Of a stretch of DNA of 64,000 nt, positions 38,013 to 64,000 are shown one piece after another. Location of the stretch: NCBI RefSeq assembly GCF_009914755.1, contig NC_060931.1. One strand, 5' to 3'. Each line of letters starts with the position of its first letter. Position 1 is the stretch's first letter. Under the pieces are notes generated by a model, which searched no databases, was not told the origin of the DNA, and was given only the letters and a program-made list of their open reading frames with translations. The position numbers were made by a program, and so were the translations under genes. Origin of the DNA: the human T2T-CHM13v2.0 reference genome, Homo sapiens.

Positions 38013-38704
38013 TCATTTAAACCCGGGAGGCAGAGGTTGCGGTGACTCAAGATAGTGGCACTGCACTCCAGCCTAAGCGACAGAGCGAGACTCTGTCTCA
38101 AAAAAAAAGTTAAAATACAGAATTTATTTTTATGTAAGACTAAAGGAAGCAAGAGTTTGATTTTTGAAGAGTTGTAATTATATTTAAAGTTTATTGTTCA
38201 ATAGCAAAGACTTGGAACCAACCCAAATGTCCATCAATGATAGACTGGATTAAGAAAATGTGGCACATATACACCATGGAATACTATGCAGCCATAAAAA
38301 AGGATGAGTTCATGTCCTTTGTAGGGACATGGATGAAGCTGGAAACCATTATTCTGAGCAAACTATCACAAGGACAGAAAACCAAACACCACATGTTCTC
38401 ACTCATAGGTGGGAACTGAACAATGAGAACACTTGGACACAGGGTGGGGAACCTCACACACTGGGTCCTGTCGTGGGGTGGGGGAAGAGGGGAGGGATAG
38501 TATTAGGAGATACACCTAATGTAAATGACAAATTAACAGGTGCAGCACATCAACATGGCACATGTATACATATGTAACAAACCTGCACGTTGTGCACATG
38601 TATCATAGAACTTAAAGTATAATAATAATTTTAAAAAATAAAAAATAAAGTTTATTGTTTTACATGGAAAGAATTTTAGATTTTTTGAAATGTGAATATT
38701 AATG
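38013..38704 (+). repeat. ~230-bp dispersed duplicate of 42281-42510, interrupted by an L1PA
   Basis: Direct visual alignment, about 13 substitutions. Confidence 0.92.
38199..38645 (+). mobile_element. L1PA (PA4/PA5-like) 3' fragment
   Basis: ORF2 end MIDWIKKMWHIYTMEYYAAIKKDEF, 3' UTR and A tail; TSD taaagtttattgtt at 38185-38198 / 38646-38659. Confidence 0.93.
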
Positions 38705-38937
38705 AGCATTTGGTTATCTTGTAATTTTTTTTTCATTTTGAAGAAGAATTTTTCTGGTTATAGTATTCTTCCTTGGAAATTTTTCTCTTTCAGGACTTTA
38801 ACTGTGTTTCTCAACTTTTTTTTCTGGCCTGTAGGGACTCTGTGGATAAAACCACTGCCAATCTCATTGTAACAAACTTACAGACAACACGTTAGATTTC
38901 TTTTGCTGCTTCCAAGATTCCGTATTTGTCTATGACT

Positions 38938-39033
38938 CCTCTCCTCTTCTCTTCTCTTCTCTTCTCTTCTCTTGTCTTCTCTTCTCTTCTCTTCTCTTCT
39001 CTTCTCTTCTCTTCTCTTCTCTTCTCTTCTCTT
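38938..39033. repeat. (CTTCT)n pentanucleotide microsatellite forming the tail of the antisense Alu at ~39034-39288
   Basis: About 19 units; TSD tctatgact brackets repeat plus Alu. Confidence 0.95.
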
Positions 39034-39039
39034 TTCTGA

Positions 39040-39207
<168 letters not shown>

Positions 39208-40420
39208 TGAACTCCTGACCTCAGGTGATCTGCCTGCCTCAGCCTCCCAAAGTGCTGGGATTACAGGCATGAGCCACCACACCCAGCCTATCTATGACTT
39301 TAAAATTTTTGTTTATAATCTGTCTTGTTATGAGTCACTTTGTGTTTATCCTAAAGTATGTTAAGCTTCTTGATTTTTTACAAGTGTTTTCTTTATGTTT
39401 GAGGATTTTTCAGTCATTATATCTTAATATATTCTTCAGCTCCGTAGTTTTTGTTTCTTTTTATACTTTTAATCTTTTGGCTGATATTCTCATTTTCCTG
39501 CTTTCATTTACTTGTCTGTTTTCCCATTTTATGCATTGAACATCACTCAGATAGTTATTTTGAATTTTTCAGGTAATTGGTATTTCTCCATTTCTTTAGG
39601 GTTGATATATGGATATTTATAGAGGGTTTTGAGGGCCATATTATGGTGAAACTTTGTATATGTTATAAACTTTTATTGAAATTTGTGCATTTACAAAAAG
39701 CTTTTTGTCACAGTATTTATAAAGTGGCTTTGTCATGAGGGAGTCTGATACCAGTTGACCAAGCTAGAGATTCTAGAACCCTCTCAAACTTGTTCTTCAG
39801 GATGTGTCTACCCTGGGATTGTTTGTACATTTTTTAAATTAATGAAGTTTGTCTGTGTTTCTTCTTAAGAGACTATAATCACTTGCTATACCTGTTGTTT
39901 ATTTGTGATACTGACCTCTCTGTACTGCTGTGAGAATTATTTATCTTTGCTCTCAGCAGAAGCAGCCTGTCATTCAAAGTATAGCACCATTCCTTTTAGC
40001 ACTTTATGTTATAGGAGACAAAAATCAGTCTTTAAAAAGTTCCCTAAAAGCTAGAAGTATGGACATCTCTGCCAGTATTTTCTTTCTCTCTTGAGGGAGA
40101 AGTCAGAAATTTACTTCTAGAGGCATCATGCTGCATTGGAGAGGAAGAAGGGTTGTAATGGGTAAATGTAACACACTTTCCTTCTTCTATTTGGCTCTTG
40201 GCATTGTGCTAACCTGTAGTGCTGCAAACTCTTAATTTTTAGAATTATTACAATGGAATTTCATTAAGTATATTCTTGTTACGTGTGTATGTATATAAAG
40301 ACCTGTGGTATTTTATTATGCCATCTTGCTCAGGTACTTGGTAGAACTTTATACATTAGATGTGTAAAGCATATTCACCTGAGTCTAGTAAGTGGGATAC
40401 TTTTTTTTTCTTTCTTCCAA

Positions 40421-41900
<1,480 letters not shown>

Positions 41901-42080
41901 ATGTTTTTAGAAAACAGCAAAATGTTCACATTAAATGAGATTTTTTTCAGATTCAGTAAATGTAAAAAAATAAATATAGCCAAAGTAATCATCAGATAAT
42001 TCACAGTAGAAATCACTAAGGCACACACAACACTTTAGACATTAAGCAGAGTGTTGATTATAGAGATTAATCCAAAGTTA

Positions 42081-46959
<4,879 letters not shown>

Positions 46960-47092
46960 TCACCTTATATACTTTTATTGTCCACAAGTTTTATTCTCAC
47001 TGCTCTCTCCAACCCAATTTAACATATTATCTTCTGCCATTGATAGGCTTTCCTATGTTAACCCAGTTGGCGTTTTTAGGTATTGATTTGTC

Positions 47093-47399
47093 CTCTTGAA
47101 AGGCCTTTCAAGTTTAACTGAAATTTGTTTCTAGTTTTCAAAGAAAAACTGTCATGTAAAAATCCTGTACTAAGAAAATATATTTATTAAAACTAAAGCC
47201 TTTAATAACTAAGCTCTTAGTTATTAAAACTAAAAGGCTTTAGTTAGTAAACTATATAAGCCTCAGTTATTAAGGCTTTAATTATTAAGACTAATCACTC
47301 TTGAAAGCCTTTCACGTTCAATTGAAATTTTCTTATTCCTCAAAGAAAAATTGTCATGTAAAAATCCTACATTGAGAAAATATATTTATTAAAACTAAA
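47093..47399. repeat. ~105-bp direct repeat (47093-47197, 47298-47399) around a palindromic AT-rich spacer
   Basis: Both copies run ctcttgaaa...tgtcatgtaaaaatcct...tatatttattaaaactaaa; 13-bp-arm inverted repeat at 47201-47228. Confidence 0.92.
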
Positions 47400-50345
<2,946 letters not shown>

Positions 50346-50399
50346 ATGTAGACATTTCTCCTTGAAGGTGAAAAGAAAATTATCCTAAATAAAGTGTTT

Positions 50400-54835
<4,436 letters not shown>

Positions 54836-55235
54836 TGTTAAATTAATTATAGCCTAAACCTGCCCCCTTTCCTGTATAAGTTTGGTCAATAGGTATTTTT
54901 CAAGATAGTAAACTGAAACCTAACTAGATATGTAAGTAGACTGTAACACATTCTTGTACCAACCACTGTGTTTTTGCCAATAAAAAAGTTAACTGTTCAA
55001 ACAATGTTCAAATAAGGCAAATCCCAAGCTGTAATCAATCCGGCTGTTTCAGTACCTCACTTTCATTTTCTGTGTGTCACTTTGCTTTTTTTGTCCATAA
55101 ATCTTTTTCTACCAGGTGGCTGTGCTGAAGTCTCTCTGAGCCTACTCTGGATCCACAGGCTACCTGATTTGCAAATTATTTTTTGCTCAATTAAACTCTG
55201 ATAAATTTAATATCTCTAAAGTTGGTTGTTTTTAA
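54836..55235 (+). mobile_element. MER57-type LTR
   Basis: Begins tgttaaattaattatagcctaaac; contains tgttcaaataaggcaaa, caatccggctgtttc and gctcaattaaactctg. Confidence 0.85.
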
Positions 55236-55364
55236 GTTTTCAAATTTTTTACAATAAAAAATAATGTGTTGGGCTTTGATTTTCTAAACTCATCCCTCAG
55301 CGATTTTCCCAGATTATTCTACGTTCTTTCAAAATGCTTCTGCAATTTCTTTTTTTAAAAAAAT

Positions 55365-55660
55365 TTTCGAGATAGGGTCTCACTGTATCACCCAGACTAG
55401 AGTGCAGTGGTGTAACCACTTATGGCTGACTGCAGCCTTGACCTTCCGTGCTCAAGCAATCCTCCTGCTCCAGCTCCCCGAGTAGCTGGGACTACAGGCA
55501 TGCACCATTATGCCATTATGCCTGGCTAATTTTTTTAACTTTTTTCATGAAGACAGGATCTTACTATGTTGCCCAGGCTGCACTTGAACTCCTGAGCTCA
55601 AGTGATTCTCCCATCTCAGCCTCCCAAACTGCCAAAATTACAGACGTGAGCCACCGTGTG
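55365..55660 (-). mobile_element. AluJ
   Basis: gctcaagcaatcctcctgc and tatgttgcccaggctg are J-type. Confidence 0.88.
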
Positions 55661-55939
55661 CATCTGCAGTTCTTGAGAGTATTAGCAATAATTAAACAGT
55701 ACTATATGGGCATAAATTTGAAAGAATCTGGCATCTATTCTAGAAGTGTCACTCGCCAGGATTTCAAGGGTCTAAGGCAGTTACTTTGGTAGTGTTATTT
55801 ATGGAGGTGCATTGGCTTTGGGGTCAGACAGAGTTGATCCTGAATCTCAGCCCAGCCACTTAGTAGATGTGGGTCTTTGGACAAGTTTCCTGATGTACAA
55901 GAGTTCTATAAACCACATATGCAAAAAAAGGTAGAATGA

Positions 55940-56734
55940 TACTGATTGCAAAAATGGTAGCAATTTTTTATCCCTTCTATGTCCACGCCCGTTGCCAGGG
56001 ATTTTTACAGCTGTTCCCATTGAGATCCAGAATCTGTTTTCCGAAACCTAGATCTGGCTGGCCTTGTTTGCTCAAGGCAGTAAAAACATGTGACCATGAT
56101 AGCGTGCCAGTTTGGGGCTTAGCAGTCTTGAATGCTTCTGTTTTTCTTTCACAATGCTGCCATCTCTGTGAAAAAAAGCCCATGCTAGGCAGCTGGAGGA
56201 TGACATACCATGGGGAGGAGAAGCAAGGTGTCCCTGTTGACAGCTCCAGAAGCGCACATCCAGAAGCACAGCTGCCTAGTTAACAAGCAGCTGATAACAC
56301 ATGTCTGAAGGAGCTCAGCTGAGATCAGAAGAATTGCTCCACTGAGCCCAGCTTAAATGACTGACCATCTCAATTGTGAGCTAAGAAGCCTTAGCTGGGT
56401 TAGGCGCAGTGGCTCACGCCTGTAATCCCAGCACTTTGGGAGGCCGGGGTGGGCGGATTACCTGAGGTCAGCAGTTTGAGACCAGCCTGACCAACAAGGA
56501 GAAACCCCATCTCTACTAAAAATACAAAATTAGCCAGGCGTGGTGGCGCATACCTGTAATCTCAGCTACTCAGGAGGCTGAGGCAGGAGAATCACTTGAA
56601 CCCAGGAGGCGGAGGTTGCGGTGAGCTGAGATCGTGCCATTGCACTCTAGTTTGGGCAACAAGAGCGAAACTCTGTATTTAAAAAAAAAAAAAAGCCTTG
56701 GTTGGTTTGTTATGCTGCAATACCTAACTAATAC
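55940..56734 (+). mobile_element. MLT1 (H/G-like) MaLR LTR interrupted by an Alu at ~56397-56694
   Basis: gattgcaaaaatgg...tctggctggccttg...gctgagatcagaagaattgc...ggtttgttatgctgcaatacctaactaatac. Confidence 0.75.
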
Positions 56735-57313
56735 GTGCACACAGTGCAGATAGGATGCCAGGATTTAATGACAGGTTGATTACTGGTTGTTATAGTTACC
56801 TTCCAACAGTTGGCACCCTAAAAGTGCTGATTTTTTTTTCTGCTCTAAAGTTGGATGTTTTGTAAGATAATATTGAGTAATGCAGAAAAATATGTAGGCA
56901 TGTTTGCATGGGATTGGTACTTGTACTCACACAATCCCCACGCCACAGGAGAAAACAGATAAACACACTCTGGCCACTAGGGCCAGGCCAAATAGCAAAA
57001 TAAGTTTACCTTTAATCTGTTTTCTCTATACTTAAACACTGGAAGTGATGACTGTGGAGAGATCTGAAGACATAGCGTTTAATCTCCTGTGGCCCCATCA
57101 TCTTTTGGTTACTGTCTGATCTCTGGAAGAAAGGTGGGCAACAGGTGGCCAGCAGTGGTGTACCTGTGGTTATTTTATTCTTGCTGCCCTCTGCTCTTTC
57201 TATGGTGACTATCTTGTTCCACCCTCAAAACTGTAGAAAGATGTTGGTAAAGAGAGGCTGTCCCCTCACTTCTGGCAGAAAAGGGGTGTTCAGACCCTTC
57301 ACCCTCCTGATGT

Positions 57314-57615
57314 CAGGGCTGCATTTCAATGTGGCAGCTATTGGCCATGTGTAGCTACTGGCTGCCTGGAATGTGGCTGGTCTGAATTGCAATGTGCTAG
57401 AAAGGTAAAATAGAGTTAATTTCAAAGATTCAGTTCCAAATAAATATATATACTTTATTAATAATTACATATCACTCACATATTAGAATAAGGTTTTAGA
57501 TATATTGGGTTAAATTGTTACAATCAATTTCACCTGTTTCTTGTTTCTTTTTAAAGTTTGGCTGCTAAAAAATGTACAATTCACGTGTCGCCCACATTTT
57601 ATTTTAGAGGATTGC
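57314..57615. mobile_element. MER33-like hAT DNA transposon
   Basis: aatgtggctggtctgaattg...tttagatatattgggttaaat...aatttcacctgtttc. Confidence 0.8.
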
Positions 57616-57660
57616 CTTCTTTTTAAAATTTCAGGCTGCCTGCTTAAAAAAACAGAAGTT

Positions 57661-58065
<405 letters not shown>

Positions 58066-58329
58066 TTATAAATGCATATGGCCTTATTCACAAGGTTAAA
58101 TGCAAATACTGTCTGGGGTGGGCCTGACTCAGCTCAGGGAGGAAGCCCCGTCTGAAAAGGCTGCAGCTTAGGCTGTCACTCTTCCTTCAGTCCAGCATCT
58201 GATCACATCTCCCGTCACTCAGGGCCCGAAGGGGCGGGGCCTTAAACGTTATCCAATCAGGAACGCTGGGCTGGGAACCATCCAATCAGGCACGCAACTG
58301 GAGCGGACAGCACAGCTTCCGGGATTTGG

Positions 58330-58485
58330 CGGGGCCTTTGTCTCTCGCTGCAGCCGGCGCTCCACGTCTAGTCTTCACTGCTCTGCGTCCTGTGCTGATA
58401 AAGGCTCGCCGCTGTGACCCTGTTACCTGCAAGAACTTGGAGGTTCACAGCTAAGACGCCAGGACCCCCTGGAAGCCTAGAAATG
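58330..58485 (+). other. ZNF92: Exon 1 (5' UTR plus ATG) of a ZNF91-subfamily KRAB-ZNF gene; TSS approximate
   Basis: Family-typical cctttgtctctcgctgcagc...gccaggaccccctggaagcctagaaATG|gtgag. The ZNF92 identity rests on recalled 5' UTR and recalled adjacency to RSL24D1 and SNORA63 copies and is not verified. Confidence 0.7.
58483..58485 (+). CDS. ZNF92: Start codon, the only coding part of exon 1; KRAB and finger exons lie beyond the window
   Basis: gaaATG directly followed by the donor GTGAG, as is standard in this subfamily. Confidence 0.7.
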
Positions 58486-60049
58486 GTGAGCCTGCTGGGT
58501 CCCACATCCCGAGAGAGGGGGAGGGTCTGGCTGGAACCGATTGGAAGTGGCTGTGGCGGGCCTCGGGCCTTCCCGCAGTCGGCTCCGAGATCCGCGGCCC
58601 GAGTTCTCCTTGGCGCAGCTCGGCCCTCAGTCTCCTTCAGCCATAAGATGGCGGCTGGGCTGACAGCCGGGACCCCGGGCGTCCTGTCTCCTCCCTGCGC
58701 AGTGACTGTGCTTTGGCCTGGAGCCCTCCCTGGGCAGCTCTGCACCCGCAGCGTCGCATCTCTCGCCGAGTGTGCAGGGACGACGGGAGAATAGTAAAGA
58801 GAAGAATCCTGACTCGGGGTGCGGGGTTTATGAATGGGAAGAGCTTTGGTCCGTGTGGTTCTCAGGTCCTCTTTTTTCCTATTAAAAATTTATGGGAGTC
58901 AAGGTAAAAATATTGAAGAATTTAATCAAAGAGCGATTCAGGAATTTTAGAGCACCCAGCTATGATTTGTAGTTTGTGGTCCGTGGGAGGGGCTTGAAGG
59001 AAACACTTTTATAAGATGCATAATGAAAAAAAACAAGTTTAATAATTGGTTAGGTACAGTTACGTCGTTTTTTAATTTGTATGATTAAGGTAGAAATTTC
59101 CTGGTCATGTAATCAGAGATTGTCAGTTTATAGTTGGTTAAGCCTGAATTTTGTTCCCTCGGTGTTATTTACCCTCCCCTCCCCCCGCCAAAAATGCATT
59201 TGAATTATATTTTTTTTAAAGTAGGAACCCAGGGACTAGAGCCACCTCAATCTAATTGCCTGCCACTTAATTATTTTCACATCCACAGGGGACTGATTTT
59301 CCCCTGCAGTTTTCACATGTGTCCCAAGCAGGGTCTCAAGTCTACCCCCCATCCCTCATTCCTCCAGCTTAATTCTGGCTTGCAGTAAAATACTAAATTT
59401 CCAGTTCCTTCTGACATTCCCAAATGCCAACTTACCCTCCCTAATTCGCATTAGCAAGTGTGTTTCCTTTAGTGTACATTTTCGATGCCATATTTTAATT
59501 AATCATTTTTGGCAAAGCATTGGATGGCACGTTTTAAAAGATTTGTTTCCTGTTTGTAAATATTTCCTATGAGAAGAAAGCAAAGAATAATCCCCTAACA
59601 TTGTATTGTAAATCTCTGTGCCTCTTTTCTTTTTATCTTCCTTAGGCACAGAGATCTTATCAGAATGTTTTTGGGTCATGGTTGCTTTCCCTTTGGAAAC
59701 TTTATGGGGTGATGTGTTCTCAGCCACCCTTCAGTTCTTTTTCTGGTCCTGGGTTTTAGTACTGTCTGGGGCAAGATACCTACCATGGCAATGTCGCTAG
59801 AGTGTCTAGTAAATATCAGCTCCTGGGTCATTTTCTCTCGTAGAATAACCTGAAGTATGGAATGTAGCTTCTCAAGGGAGCAGGTGGATGCCCTGGGGCT
59901 GAGAAGCATCTCCTGGGCTACTCTTCCTTTGAAAAGCTTACCCCTTGAGATATTAAGATTGTCTTCACTCAACCCAGCTTTCATTTCTTGGAGAAACATT
60001 GCTGGTCAGCCAATCAGATGCTGGTACTGGGAGGAAAACACCAAAATTA

Positions 60050-63308
<3,259 letters not shown>

Positions 63309-63469
63309 TTATCTGACTATGTGATAGGTAAGAAAAGAGAGCACCATCTAAGTCATAATGGTAAGAGTGGTTCTTTCCATAAACTGTTCCTGGAGAACAG
63401 AAAGGATGGAGAATTTTGTTAATCACAGCTATTTACCAGGATTATCTATGTGCTTCATTTTTCCCTGCT

Positions 63470-63795
63470 TCTTTTTTTTGTCCTATACATTTTTTCCATT
63501 TGACTTTTCCCGGGTTGTATCATTTATAATAAACTGGTCAACATAACTACAGTGTTTTGCTGAGTTCTGTGAGCAGCTCTATCAAATTATTGAACTGGAG
63601 GGAGGTTATGGGAGTCCCCAGTTTTTAAGCAGTAGCTAAGAAGAATAGATGGACCAATGAGGTTTTTGACTGACATCGGCAGTGAAGACAGTGTTGTGGG
63701 ACTGAATCCTGAATCAGGGTCCGTGCAGACTCTGGATGGTGTCAGAATTCAAATGTTAGAAAATGAATTGGTGTTGGAGAATTGCTTGGTGTTCA
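63470..63795 (+). mobile_element. MER21/MER77-like LTR fragment
   Basis: tttataataaactgg...gctgagttctgtgagcagctctatcaaattattgaac...tgtgggactga...gtgtcagaatt. Confidence 0.65.
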
Positions 63796-64000
63796 CCAAT
63801 CTACAGATCTGGGGACAGAAGAAAGATATCACGGAGGCCTGGCCTGGAATGGAACTCTGGGTGTCTGGGAATGGGAGACTCTGCTCTCCTGTACACAGGC
63901 TGTCACACTGCCCGTTGTCCTAGGATTCCAGGTCTCCTGCCATGGTGAGAGAGGACTGAAAACTTAGAGGAAAGAAGCTCTGATAACAGACATCCTTTCC

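Larger units (their letters stand above)
58200..58830 (+). promoter_or_regulatory. CpG-island promoter of the KRAB-ZNF gene
   Basis: GC box ggggcggggc at 58231-58240; CCAAT at 58253-58257 and 58282-58286; ETS-like cttccggg at 58316-58323; E2F-like tttggcgg at 58325-58332; YY1 aagatggcggc at 58645-58655; CpG-rich non-Alu sequence. Confidence 0.88.

Noticed and set aside
58368-58794. Overlapping 125/126-aa ORFs in the CpG island
   Set aside because: They are GC-rich, stop-poor frames. The plus ORF has a non-ATG start and reads through the exon-1 splice donor.

Overview
Primate (most likely human or another hominid) repeat-dense DNA from a ZNF91-subfamily KRAB zinc-finger cluster. There is no prokaryotic system and no intact long CDS. 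Positions 1-42.6 kb hold a wrecked plus-strand KRAB-ZNF pseudogene: intron 1 carries a ~4.9 kb inversion, the KRAB exons are deleted, two diverged intron-3 modules are joined through a KRAB-B exon relic, and the C2H2 array exon is degenerate. Embedded in it are a SNORA63 retrocopy split by Alus at its H box, a full-length RSL24D1 processed pseudogene, a THE1D element, several L1s and many Alus (about 60 in the whole window). Positions 47-57.6 kb contain old L1, a MER57-type ERV1 relic with an env remnant, MLT1 and MER33. From ~58.2 kb there is a CpG-island promoter, exon 1 ending in the start ATG, and intron 1 of an apparently intact KRAB-ZNF gene, probably ZNF92 (from recall, not verified). 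The most interesting signals are the snoRNA/Alu chimera and a dense set of break-repair scars: staggered inversion junctions, local templated insertions, fold-back inserts and TSD-less Alus. Repeat subfamily names come from remembered consensus motifs, and their boundaries are approximate.
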